Source: Trueperaceae bacterium (GTDB taxonomy: Bacteria > Deinococcota > Deinococci > Deinococcales > Trueperaceae). Taken from it: a DNA stretch of 64,000 bases. The notes under the pieces are model-generated. The model searched no databases. It had not been told where the DNA came from and worked only from the letters and a program-made list of their open reading frames with translations. Both the position numbers and the translations under genes were made by a program. Positions 28,984-38,691 of the stretch are shown here, one piece after another; position 1 is the first letter of the stretch, and each line of letters starts with the position of its first letter. The DNA lies in assembly GCA_965213925.1 (NCBI GenBank), contig OZ243927.1, positions 4,480,001 through 4,544,000 on the forward strand, given 5' to 3'.

Positions 28984-31173
28984 ATGAGCCAAACCATCCC
29001 CGACTTCCAACACGTCACTTACGGCTGGGACGACGCTCACGCCGATACGCTCGACCCAGTGGAGCGCCTCGTCTACCGCTCGAACCTTTTAGGACAAGAC
29101 CAGCGCATCACCAATACGGGCGGCGGCAACACCAGCAGTAAGCTGACGATGAGCGACCCCCTAACAGATGAAGAGGTCCAAGTTTTATGGGTTAAAGGCT
29201 CGGGCGGCGACCTGCGCACCGCTAAGCGCGAAAACTTCGCCTCGCTCTACATGGACAAGCTGATGCGGCTTAGGGATATTTACACTTCGGCGGAGAATAA
29301 GGGCGTTAAAACACCGATCGAGGATGAGATGGTGGCGATGTATCCGCATACGACCTACAACCTCAACTCGAGAGCCAGTTCAATCGACACCCCTCTTCAC
29401 GCCTTCATCCCGCGCAAGCACGTGGACCATACGCATCCTATCGCCGTTATCGCCATCGCCGCCTCGGAAGACGGGGAAGCCTTGACCCGCGAAATCTACG
29501 GCGACGAAATTGGCTGGATTCCTTGGCAGCGCCCCGGTTTCGACTTGGGCGTGGCGATGCAGGAGAAGCTCGAGCAAAACCCCAATCTCAAAGGTCTGGT
29601 GATGGGGCAGCACGGGCTCATCAACTGGGCGGACGACGACAAGGAATGTTATGAGCGGTCGCTCGAGCTCATCGAAAAAGCGGCGCGGTTTACCGAGTCT
29701 AAGACGAGTGACGAGCCTTTCGGCGGCGCGAAAGTTCAACCGTTGGACGAAACCGAAAGAAACGACCTTTTAGCGGAAGTCCTGCCTAAGCTGCGCGGCA
29801 TGGTCTCGCAGGAGCGCAAGTTCATCGGGACGGTGGAGGCTCGGGAGGAGGTCGTGCAGTTCGTGAGCAGCGCCGACGCGCCGCGTCTAGCCGAGTTGGG
29901 GACTTCGTGCCCTGACCACTTCTTGCGGACGAAGATAAAGCCTTTGTATGTGGATTGGAACCCTCGAGAGGGCGGCGCAGAGGATTTAGTAGCGGCGCTA
30001 GAACGCGGCTTAGCGCAGTACCGCAAAGACTACGCCGAGTATTACGAAACGTGTAAACACCCTGACTCGCCCGCCATGCGCGACCCCAACCCCACCGTCG
30101 TCCTCATCCCCGGCGTCGGTCTCATCGCGTGGGGCAAAAACAAGAGCGAGTCGCGGGTCACGGCGGAGTTCTATACCTCCGCCATCGGCGTGATGCGCGG
30201 GGCGGAAGCGGTGTCGCGTTACCGCTCGCTGCCACAGCAAGAAGCCTTCGACATCGAGTATTGGGCGCTCGAGGAGGCGAAGCTCCAGCGGATGCCCCCG
30301 GAGAAGGCGTTTGCAAGAGAGGTCGTCGTCGTCGTGGGTGCGGGCAGCGGCATCGGCGGCGCAGTGGCGGCGCGGGTAGCGCAAGAGGGGGCGCACGTCG
30401 TCTGTGCGGACTTGGACGCGGCGGCAGCAGAAGCTACAGCGGATGCACTGATAGAAACGCATGGGCAAGGCATCGGCGTGGCGGGGACGGGGGTCTCGAG
30501 CTGTGGTCCCGCCCTCGCTGCTGAGGTGGATATTACGGCGCGTTCTAACGTTCAAGCTATGCTCAGTAAGGTCGTTCTCGCCTACGGCGGACTCGACCAC
30601 CTCATCGTCACGGCGGGCGTCTTCTTTTCGCCGGACGCCTCGGGAGGTCTCTCCGAAGAGAGGTGGCGCACCACCTTTGACGTGAACGTCATCGGCAGCC
30701 ACCTCGCCTCTAACGAAGCGCGGCGCATCTGGGACGCGCAAGGATTGAAAGGCTCACTTGTTCTGACCACTAGCGTCAACGGCGTCGTACCGAAAACGGG
30801 CTCGCTCGCTTACGACACCTCCAAAGCAGCGGCAAATCATCTCGTGCGCGAACTTGCGGTTGAACTCGCGCCCAAGGTCCGCGTGAACGCTCTTGCGCCC
30901 GCCACCGTCGTTGAAGGGAGCAGCATGTTTCCCCGCGAAAGGGTGGAAAGTTCGCTCACTAAATACAGTGTAGATTTCTCAGAAGAGGAGGATACCGGAG
31001 CGTTACGCGACAAACTCGCCGCCTTCTACGCCGAGCGCACGCTCACCAAAGCGCCGATCACGCTCGCCGACCAAGCGGAAGTCGCCTATCTCTTATGTAC
31101 CGGCGCGTTCGCTAAAACGACGGGGCACATCTTCAGCGTGGACGGGGGTTTGACGGAGGCATTTCTGCGCTAA
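28984..31173 (+). CDS. Bifunctional rhamnulose-1-phosphate aldolase / short-chain dehydrogenase
   Basis: GGGNTSSK, SIDTPLH, GTSCPDHFLRTK and IEYWALEEAKL, followed by SDR motifs GAGSGIG and YDTSK. Confidence 0.92.
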   Translation: MSQTIPDFQHVTYGWDDAHADTLDPVERLVYRSNLLGQDQRITNTGGGNTSSKLTMSDPLTDEEVQVLWVKGSGGDLRTAKRENFASLYMDKLMRLRDIYTSAENKGVKTPIEDEMVAMYPHTTYNLNSRASSIDTPLHAFIPRKHVDHTHPIAVIAIAASEDGEALTREIYGDEIGWIPWQRPGFDLGVAMQEKLEQNPNLKGLVMGQHGLINWADDDKECYERSLELIEKAARFTESKTSDEPFGGAKVQPLDETERNDLLAEVLPKLRGMVSQERKFIGTVEAREEVVQFVSSADAPRLAELGTSCPDHFLRTKIKPLYVDWNPREGGAEDLVAALERGLAQYRKDYAEYYETCKHPDSPAMRDPNPTVVLIPGVGLIAWGKNKSESRVTAEFYTSAIGVMRGAEAVSRYRSLPQQEAFDIEYWALEEAKLQRMPPEKAFAREVVVVVGAGSGIGGAVAARVAQEGAHVVCADLDAAAAEATADALIETHGQGIGVAGTGVSSCGPALAAEVDITARSNVQAMLSKVVLAYGGLDHLIVTAGVFFSPDASGGLSEERWRTTFDVNVIGSHLASNEARRIWDAQGLKGSLVLTTSVNGVVPKTGSLAYDTSKAAANHLVRELAVELAPKVRVNALAPATVVEGSSMFPRERVESSLTKYSVDFSEEEDTGALRDKLAAFYAERTLTKAPITLADQAEVAYLLCTGAFAKTTGHIFSVDGGLTEAFLR

Positions 31174-31369
31174 ACTTCTGTGACTCCGCCCGCGTCTGCA
31201 CGTACAGCCCGAGCAATCTCCTCGAGTCGCTCCGACTTTGTTTCAGCGTCCTCACGTTCTGGCTTCGTCCACTCAGACCGGATGAAAGTGCACCCTAAAG
31301 CCAGCGGGGTGACGCGTTGAAAAGGTAAGAGGGGTTCAAACCCAGCCTCAAGGGGTATACCTGCTATAC

Positions 31370-31981
31370 TTGCAACTCAGATTGAACTTGGCAAAAGAAA
31401 CCCTTGTGTTTGAGCGAGCGGGCGACCTGCGCGAATGGGTTTGGGCGACGCTTATGAAAGAGCGTCAGGTCGCTTACCCCTTACCGCCGCGCGGCCATCA
31501 TCCAAACTTCAAGGGTGCGGGCGAGGCGGCGGCGCGGCTCGTGACGTACTTGGTCGAGCACGCCTACCTTAGCCCCGGCGACACCGTTATCAGCTATCCC
31601 GACTACGTCCTTAAACCGCTCCGCAAAGCCCTCTTGGAAGCAGGTATCAGCGTCGTCGTGCCTGCGAAATACGGTCGCGGCTACCGCTTGTTGGACGCTC
31701 AGAAGGTACCGGCTAAAGGAGCCTCGAGCATCGCAGGCGCAGAGCGGCACGGCGCGTTCGTCACGGCGTTGCCGACCCTGAAAATGGCCTTTCTCGCGTG
31801 CGTCGCTATAGGTGAACAGGGCGAGGTCTTAGATAAAGGCTACGGCTTTAGCTTGCCCGGAGCGCTCGGCGAGTTGCCCAAGGCGACCCTAGCGCATCCG
31901 CTCCAGCGCTTTAAGACCTTGCCTGAGAAAACCTCTTCTGTGAAGTTTTATGCTACGCCCGAAACGGTGTGGAAGAAGTAA
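31370..31981 (+). CDS. 5-formyltetrahydrofolate cyclo-ligase-like protein
   Basis: LREWVW..AYPLPPRGHHPNFKGA and KGYGF. The start is uncertain (31370-31406). Confidence 0.68.
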   Translation: MQLRLNLAKETLVFERAGDLREWVWATLMKERQVAYPLPPRGHHPNFKGAGEAAARLVTYLVEHAYLSPGDTVISYPDYVLKPLRKALLEAGISVVVPAKYGRGYRLLDAQKVPAKGASSIAGAERHGAFVTALPTLKMAFLACVAIGEQGEVLDKGYGFSLPGALGELPKATLAHPLQRFKTLPEKTSSVKFYATPETVWKK

Positions 31982-32051
31982 GGAATTTGCCAGCACCGCC
32001 CGTCACGGGTCTCTAAACTAGAGCCAGAATACCGCGTCTGAAGGAGACCTC

Positions 32052-33281
32052 ATGCCAGCTTACGAATATAAAGCCAGAGACCGCACTGGTAAAGTGATCA
32101 CCGCCTCGATGGAGGCCGCTTCACAGCGCGACGTGGCCGCCGCCTTGCGTGACAAAGGACTTATCCCCACCGAGATCAAAGTGCCTAAAGGCGGCCTTAA
32201 CGCCGACATCAAATTGCCCGCTTGGTTAGACATTGGTAGCAAACCCAACATGCGCGACGTGACGCTCTTTAGCCGTCAGTTCGCGACTGTCATCAATGCG
32301 GGTCTACCCGTTGTGCAGTCACTTTCTATCTTGCAGAAGCAAGCGGAGAAACAGGGGCTTAAAGACGCCCTCAAAAAGATTCGCGAGGACGTAGAGACGG
32401 GCTTACCTCTCTCCGAAGCGCTAGCGAAATTTCCGAGTATTTTCAACCGCCTCTATATCTATCTAGTACGTGCGGGTGAAGCGTCCGGTAACTTAGACGG
32501 CATCTTAGAGCGCATCGCGAGCTATCAGGAGAAGCAAGCAGCCTTACGCGGCAAGCTTAAAAGTGCTATGACTTACCCTACCGTCGTCATGGTGATCGCC
32601 CTCGGCGTCACGTACTTTTTGCTCACGGGGATCGTGCCGCAGTTCGCGGGCATCCTCACGCAGCTAGGTGGCGACTTACCCCTCATCACGCGAATCCTCA
32701 TGGGCATCAGCGATTTTTTGACCCAGCAGTGGTATTTGCTTCCCATCATCATCGGTAGTATCGTCGGCGGTATCGGCTTCGCTTACCGCACCGACAAGGG
32801 GCGGCACGTCATCGACGGCCTCCTCCTTAAAATGCCTATTATCGGCAACTTGGTGCAAAAAACGGCGATCGCGAGCTTCTCGAATACCTTTGGACTCCTG
32901 CTTAAAAGTGGGGTCAACATCATCGAGTCCATCGAGATTACCAAGGGTACGGCGGGCAACGTCATCGTAGAAGACGTGCTGAGCGAGGCGAAACAAGCCG
33001 TGCAGCGCGGCGAGCAGATCAGCGCGACGCTGATCGACCATCCGACGGTCTTCCCGCCTCTCGTTAGCTCGATGGTGGCTATCGGAGAGGAAACGGGCGC
33101 GGTGGACAGCATGCTAGAAAAGATTGCCTCTTTCTATGAGCGTGAGGTCAACGAGGCTGTGGAAGGATTGACGGCAGCTTTAGAGCCTCTACTCATTGTT
33201 TTCTTAGGTGGCGTGGTCGGTTTTATCGTCGCAGGTATGTTTTTGCCGATGTTTGCGATTATCGGGCAGCTTAGTGGCTAA
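32052..33281 (+). CDS. pilC: Type IV pilus assembly protein PilC (T2SS F family)
   Basis: YEYKARDRTG, FSRQFATVINAG, AGEASGNL, SAMTYP, IGEETG and GMFLPMF. Confidence 0.93.
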   Translation: MPAYEYKARDRTGKVITASMEAASQRDVAAALRDKGLIPTEIKVPKGGLNADIKLPAWLDIGSKPNMRDVTLFSRQFATVINAGLPVVQSLSILQKQAEKQGLKDALKKIREDVETGLPLSEALAKFPSIFNRLYIYLVRAGEASGNLDGILERIASYQEKQAALRGKLKSAMTYPTVVMVIALGVTYFLLTGIVPQFAGILTQLGGDLPLITRILMGISDFLTQQWYLLPIIIGSIVGGIGFAYRTDKGRHVIDGLLLKMPIIGNLVQKTAIASFSNTFGLLLKSGVNIIESIEITKGTAGNVIVEDVLSEAKQAVQRGEQISATLIDHPTVFPPLVSSMVAIGEETGAVDSMLEKIASFYEREVNEAVEGLTAALEPLLIVFLGGVVGFIVAGMFLPMFAIIGQLSG

Positions 33282-33379
33282 CGTGTCAAGTAAAGCTATA
33301 CTCGGCAAAATAAACTCGTAGTTGGCAACGAGTTGGCAATTCTAACGACTTAGAGTTGGCAAGGATGGAAGACCTTCAA

Positions 33380-33409
33380 AGGTGCGGTGCTTCATAGAGC
33401 ACCGCACCT
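33380..33409. terminator. Hairpin / putative terminator downstream of pilC
   Basis: aggtgcggtgctt-cata-gagcaccgcacct stem-loop. Confidence 0.55.
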
Positions 33410-33858
33410 CAATTACTGCGAAAATATATCAATGTCGCGAGACTTCATACTTTACTTTCTATCACCGACTTTAATCGCACCTTTTCAAGGCTTCTAAAAT
33501 TCTCGGTAGTGGTTCAATTCCGAATGATCTCCAGGTTGTAACGAACTAAGAAGCGATGCAAACAGTTGAGGTGCCTATGCTCAGACTTGGAGAAGGCTAA
33601 GGTCTTGCGGACGAAGCGAGCGAGGCGTTGGCGTAAAGTGTTGTTGAAGCGTTCGACGTGAGCGGTTAAGCCAGAAGCTTTGCTCACGGGTTGATGATGT
33701 TCGTCTAGTAGTACGCTCTGGTAGGTTTCCCAAAAGTCGCTGTAACGAAGACCTTGCTTGTAGTTTTCAGGAATGCCCTTCCAGAGTTGCTTACAGGTGG
33801 CTGCGCCGCGCCCACCTATGACGCAAGCGACCACTTGACGGGCCTGCTTACACAAAGC

Positions 33859-34629
33859 GGTAGTGGTCGCACCCCGAATGCTATAGTAGGGCATGGTTAC
33901 GAAGACACTCACCTGTTACCACTGCGACAGCGAGAACATCGTCAAGAACGGCGTAGCGCCGAATGGGAAGCAGAAGTATCGCTGTAAGGACTGTAAAAAG
34001 CAGAGCCGTGAGGAGCCGAGTCCGAATGGCTACACTGAGCCGCGCAAAGAGGAGATTTTAAGCGCGTATGAGGAGCGTTCCAGTTTAAGAGGGCTTGAGC
34101 GCACCTTCGGGGTGGCGCGTAGCACGGTGAGTCGCTGGCTCAAAAAAAACGAAGAAAACTCCCCGCACTGAAAGACACCCTTGTCAGGTTCGATGTTCCT
34201 CAGCGCGTGGAGCTAGAGCTTGATGAGTTGCACTCGTTTGTGCAGAAGAAAGCGAAGAAACGCTGGGTGTGGATCGCTTTATGCAAGCAGACTCGTCAAG
34301 TGGTTGCTTGCGTCATAGGTGGGCGCGGCGCAGCCACCTGTAAGCAACTCTGGAAGGGCATTCCTGAAAACTACAAGCAAGGTCTTCGTTACAGCGACTT
34401 CTGGGAAGCCTATCAGAGCGTACTGCCAGACGAACACCACCAAGCTGTCAGTAAAGCTACAGGTCTTACTTCCCACGTTGAGCGCTTCAACAACACACTC
34501 AGGCAACGTCTTGCTCGCTTCGTGCGCAAGACGTTGGCATTCTCTAAGTCCGAGCATATGCATCTTACCTGTCTACACCGCTTCCTCGTCCGTTACAACC
34601 TGGAGATCATTCGGGATTGAACCACTACC
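33859..34629 (+). mobile_element. IS1-family element (inner copy, apparently intact)
   Basis: Terminal repeats GGTAGTGGT...ACCACTACC; 8-bp target duplication CACAAAGC at 33851-33858 and 34630-34637. Confidence 0.93.
33893..34620 (+). CDS. IS1 transposase InsAB (programmed -1 frameshift)
   Basis: InsA at 33893-34171 and InsB (ELDELHSFV, SDFWEAY, HVERFNNTLR), joined by an A8C slippery run at 34142-34150. Confidence 0.88.
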
Positions 34630-35016
34630 CACAAAGCAACCCATAGCCAACGTCTCTTGCTTTTCTTCTGCACGAATGAGTGCATCTCATCGAGTTCTAG
34701 CTCTACGCGCTCAGGCGTATCGAAAGAGACAAGCGTGTAAGGTTGGTATTCTTCGTTTTTCTTGAGCCAGCGGCTCACCGTGCTACGCGCCACTCTAAAG
34801 GTGCGCTCTAGCCCTCTAAGACTCGAACGCTCTTCATATGCGCTTAAAATCTCCTCCTTACGATTCTCCGTATACCCATTCGGGCTTGGCTCCTCGTCGT
34901 TCATCCCCGAAAGGGGGCGGCTTTGTTTCTTACAGCTTTTGCACCTGTATTTCTGCTTCCCATTGGGCGCTACGCCGTTCTTGACAATGTTCTCGCTGCC
35001 GCAGTGATAGCAAGTC

Positions 35017-35118
35017 ATACGAGGTTGCACGACATAGTTTGCAAACTATGTCGTGCCCATCTGTGACAGTAAGCTTTGACGCTCTCGGTAAGGATAAGTA
35101 AACCGTGCAATTCCGTAT
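35017..35118. mobile_element. ~100-bp MITE-like insertion in the outer IS1 insA
   Basis: Imperfect terminal repeats ATACGAGGTTGCACG / CGTGCAATTCCGTAT. It separates MVTKIL from TCYHC and is absent from the inner IS1. Confidence 0.68.
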
Positions 35119-35170
35119 AAGTATCTTTGTAACCATACCTTGCTCTGACATTCAGGATGCGACCACTACC

Positions 35171-35803
35171 GGCAGGTTTTGAAAGCGGGCGAGTTGCGTG
35201 AACCGTTCGCCCTCTAAAGGAATCAGCAAGCTGTCCAGAAAGCGTTTGCGTTCGCCCGTCAGCAGAGGTGCCAGGCGTTCATACGTCACCTCCTTCGCGC
35301 GTGGCAACTAAGCGTTCCAGACTGCTCAAACCGGGTCTGAGGATGGCGTGCCAGCGCAAGCGTTCCAACAGGGTACACAGCAGGTAACTCTCTTTGTCGT
35401 GTTCCAGGGAGCATTCGACCAGCCAATCCTCTAAAGCCAGCAGGTCAAGCGGGGTGACCCGCCGGAAACCCAAATCCCATGTGATATGTAGCAGATGGTC
35501 GCTGCGGGTCTGCTCGCGTTCACCGTAACGGCTGAGCGTGGTCTGGGCAACACCGAGTTGCTGGGCAATCAGGGCGAGGAGGTCAGGAGGTGGTGTTAGA
35601 AGATCGTCAGGTATAGACCCGAGGTAGCGCAAACTGGTGAGTTGTAAGGTGAAGCCCAGCCGGTTGTGCTCACTGCGCTGTTGCTCTATCAGGGCTAGGT
35701 CCTGAGGGCTCAGCGTAAAGAAGCGCCCCAAGTCCCCGTCGGGCATGTCCTCAGGATAGCGGCTGAGCTTAGCGTGTTCCGCCCCTGATAAAAAGGCGAC
35801 CAC
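35171..35803 (-). pseudogene. Tn3-family transposase N-terminal (DUF4158) fragment
   Basis: FFTLS..D..RSEHNRLGFTLQL..LRYLG and REQTRSDH; frameshifted and cut by IS1. Confidence 0.85.
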
Positions 35804-35806
35804 GCA

Positions 35807-36310
35807 CTAGACCTTAGTTTCTTTGCTACGACCGCACACCACAACCTTGCGGTGTGCTAAGTATTTGTAAAGCGTAGGTTTACTGATACCCAGTTGCTGC
35901 GTGATAGCCCACACGCTGAGGTTGCCCTCTTTATAGAGAGTTTCAGCCGCCATCGCGGTTGCCTCGGCTTGCTTGGACAATCCACCGGGACGCCCGCCTA
36001 TGCGACCCCTAGCGCGAGCCGCGTGCAAACCCGCCTACGTGCGTTCCCGGATGAGGTCACGCTCAAACTCGGTTAGCGACGCAAAGATGTTGAAGATCAG
36101 GCGACCCTGCGCAGTGGTTGTATCTACCGGGTCGTTCAGGCTGATGAGTCCGACCCGGCGCTCGATCAACTCGTTCGTGAGCGCAACGAGGTGTTTCAGA
36201 GAGCGACCCAATCTGTCGAGTTTCCAGATGACCATTACATCTCCTTGCCTGAGATTTGTCAGCAGGTCTTCGAGCACAGGTCGCGTCGTCTTTACGCCAC
36301 TGACGACCTG
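35807..36310 (-). pseudogene. Serine resolvase (Tn3 TnpR-like), truncated, with an internal stop
   Basis: WKLDRLGRSL..EFERDLIRERT*AGLHAARARGRIGGRP plus an HTH; in-frame TAG at 36035-36037; N-terminus missing. Confidence 0.85.
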
Positions 36311-36319
36311 CGCAGTTAT

Positions 36320-36615
36320 TGGCGGTGGGCTGAGCGCCGAGGATGTACTCTCGGTTGACGGTGAGCAGCTCTGCGGGTCAGCTAGTGAAGAACTTAGAGC
36401 GGTGCATATGCTCAATGTTTGCTCACACCAACATGGTTTGTGCTTAACCTCCACAGCGGTAGACGGCAAGAGCAACGAAATTACCAGTGTGCCTGGGCTG
36501 CTCGATACACTCTCGCTGCTCAACTTAGCAGGCTGCATAGTCACTGTAGACGCACTCAACACGCAGCGCGAAATCGCTCGCAAAATAAAACAGCACCAAG
36601 GCGAGTACGTTATCC
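36320..36615 (+). pseudogene. ISAs1-family transposase fragment
   Basis: VLSVDG, KSNEITSVP.LL and GCIVTVDALNTQREIA. Confidence 0.8.
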
Positions 36616-36624
36616 AGTCAAGCC

Positions 36625-37045
36625 GGACGAAGGGCAAAGTGCACATAACCGAGGCGTGCGACGAGGTCTATCCACACCTCATCACGTAGGTGATGGCTAC
36701 GACTGCATCTACCGCCGATGTTTCAGCGACAGCCGACGTTCACGAAATCCTAGCTGAGCGCGAGTTGCTCCCGAGCGAGCATCTGGTGAATTCGGGCTAC
36801 ATGGGCGCGGATTTACTCGTGGAGGCCCGCACACAGCACAGGCTCGCGCTTGTCGGACCGCTGAATAATAAACCGCAGTTGGCAGAGTCGGGCGGGGCAA
36901 GGCTACGACCTAGAGAGCTTCGACGTGGACTGGGAAAACCAGCGCGTCACCTGTCCGCAGGGGAAGGTCGCCACGGACTGGTGGCAGAACCAAAACGGCG
37001 GCGTACCCTCCATCAGGGTGCAATTCGACTTTCAGGACTGCTTTG
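36625..37045 (+). pseudogene. IS1182-like transposase fragment
   Basis: KVHITEACD..PHLIT, LLPSEHLVNSGY and FDVDWENQRVTCPQGK, read across a stop and a frameshift. Confidence 0.7.
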
Positions 37046-37137
37046 GTTACGAAATATACAACAGCTCAACCTCGCATTCCTCACATGCAAGCGCTAGCTC
37101 TTGCAAAATCAAGTATACTGAGGTCAAGGAGGCTGTT

Positions 37138-37632
37138 ATGGCTACAAGTTTACCTCAGGCAACCTTGTCTAGCACAAAAGTGTTCTTTCATACCCTTTCG
37201 GCAGATCAACCTAGCAGGGTTAAGCGCAAAACCTTTGAAGCTATTACGGGACTTGACTACTATGCACTCGACACCATATGGCTCAAACAGGGTGAGGTAC
37301 CCGAGCATCTCTCAGCTAGGGCGATGATGACCAACCTAGGTGCGCTCTTGGACCTTCGCAGCAAAGAGGTTGCGTCACTCCTCGGCGTCAGCGAGTCCCG
37401 CATCAGTCGCAACGACCGAGTGACTCTCGCCATGCTCGACCGCGCTGAGGGGATCAGCGATACTTTTGCTAGGGTCGCCGCCGTCCTCGGCTTCGAGCAC
37501 GCGCGTGACTGGTTTAAGGCACCTAACGCGGCGTTAGAGGGTTCGTCTCCCTATACACTGCTGAGCACCCACTACGGTCAGAAGAAGGTCGATAACTTGG
37601 TCACTGCGCTCCTCAATGGGGCGGTTGTTTGA
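37138..37632 (+). CDS. Antitoxin, Xre/MbcA/ParS family
   Basis: HTH (EVASLLGVSESRISR) plus ARDWFKAPNAALEGSSP; AAGGAGG RBS. Confidence 0.82.
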   Translation: MATSLPQATLSSTKVFFHTLSADQPSRVKRKTFEAITGLDYYALDTIWLKQGEVPEHLSARAMMTNLGALLDLRSKEVASLLGVSESRISRNDRVTLAMLDRAEGISDTFARVAAVLGFEHARDWFKAPNAALEGSSPYTLLSTHYGQKKVDNLVTALLNGAVV

Positions 37633-38270
37633 TCCGAGTTTACCGGCTCGCTCACGAGCTGGCACTAGCTAAGAACCCCCAACCCTTTCGACCAGCCCCT
37701 AGTGAAAACCGTTGGAACTCAGCGGATACGCAGGTTGCTTACTGCGGTGAACACCTGGCGCTCAGCGCATTAGAACTCCTGACCTACTGGGGGCACTACC
37801 CTAACATGCGTGGCTACCGGCTCTTTACGCTCAACATCCGCCCCGAGGACGTGGAGGATGTGCTTGATCAGCGTCCTGATATCGACTCAAGGGATTACAG
37901 TCAAACGCGCCGCTACGGTGACCTCTGGGTCGAAGAGGGGCGTTCGCTGGCGCTTAAAGTACCTAGCGTCGTGCTTCCCATGAGTTACAACTATCTCGTC
38001 AATCCCCAGCACCCTGCTTTTGACCCGGACGCAGTCACCTCTCATGGCGCATTCGAATACGAAGACCGTATTGCGAGGCTCGTCGAGGTGGCAAAAGAAA
38101 TCACTCTTCGAGTTGAAGATGTCTTTCCTAAAAGCCTTCTGCGACGAACGCGCGCAACTGCACCGTCAGCCACCCTACTCCCTCATCGATCTAGGTTAGC
38201 TTGCAACTCGGTCGTGGCGGACACGGTGCGCAAGGATATCCGGAACGTGCGCCTCCGCCCAAGCCAGTAG
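37629..38270 (+). CDS. RES-domain toxin (NAD+ phosphorylase/ART-like)
   Basis: VYRL, NRWN..VAYCGEHLALSALE, LKVPSVV and NYLVNPQHP; TTGA overlap with the antitoxin. Confidence 0.85.
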   Translation: MIRVYRLAHELALAKNPQPFRPAPSENRWNSADTQVAYCGEHLALSALELLTYWGHYPNMRGYRLFTLNIRPEDVEDVLDQRPDIDSRDYSQTRRYGDLWVEEGRSLALKVPSVVLPMSYNYLVNPQHPAFDPDAVTSHGAFEYEDRIARLVEVAKEITLRVEDVFPKSLLRRTRATAPSATLLPHRSRLACNSVVADTVRKDIRNVRLRPSQ

Positions 38271-38585
38271 GGGCTGCAGCACGACGGTCAGCTCACGCCC
38301 TAGCGGTGTCAAGCTGTACTCCACTTGGATTGGGCTCGTGGTGAACACCTTCCGGTTCACTAAGCCGTCGCGCTCTAAGTTCCTCAAAGTTTGCGTGAGC
38401 ATCTTCTGCGAGATGCCTTCGACCCGCCTCCTTAGCTCGCCGAAGCGGTAGGGACGCTCGTCTAGCGTAACAATGACGATGGCTGCCCACTTATCTGCGA
38501 CGCGAACGAGCAATTCGCGCGAGGGACACTGCTGCGAATATACGCTAGCTCTTGCGGTAGGGTGTTCTTTACTCAACGTAACCAT
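38196..38585 (-). CDS. HxlR-family winged-helix transcriptional regulator
   Basis: CP..DKW..RFGELRR..GISQKMLTQTLRNLERDG..VEYSLTPLG. Confidence 0.9.
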   Translation of the reverse strand: MVTLSKEHPTARASVYSQQCPSRELLVRVADKWAAIVIVTLDERPYRFGELRRRVEGISQKMLTQTLRNLERDGLVNRKVFTTSPIQVEYSLTPLGRELTVVLQPLLAWAEAHVPDILAHRVRHDRVAS

Positions 38586-38691
38586 CTCCTATGCAGTTAC
38601 TTCCAGGTACCTGGTTGACGTTAGTAACCATAGCACCGTAAGCTGATGGCGTTGTCACCGGTGGCGATACTCAAACCCTAAGGAGAAGGTT

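Larger units (their letters stand above)
33505..35170 (-). mobile_element. IS1-family element (outer copy), disrupted
   Basis: GGTAGTGGT terminal repeats at 33505 and 35170. The InsA zinc finger (CYHC..YRCKSC) and InsB are split at WVALC by the inner IS1. Confidence 0.9.

Noticed and set aside
35807..36310. Resolvase as the invertase for the DeoR cassette
   Set aside because: It is truncated, carries a stop codon, belongs to a Tn3 remnant and lies ~8 kb away.
35973..36689. 238-aa plus-strand ORF and 203-aa minus-strand ORF as real genes
   Set aside because: They are chimeric read-throughs across resolvase, ISAs1 and IS1182 fragments.
36925..37137. N-terminal extension of the antitoxin
   Set aside because: It derives from the transposase fragment; a strong RBS precedes ATG 37138.
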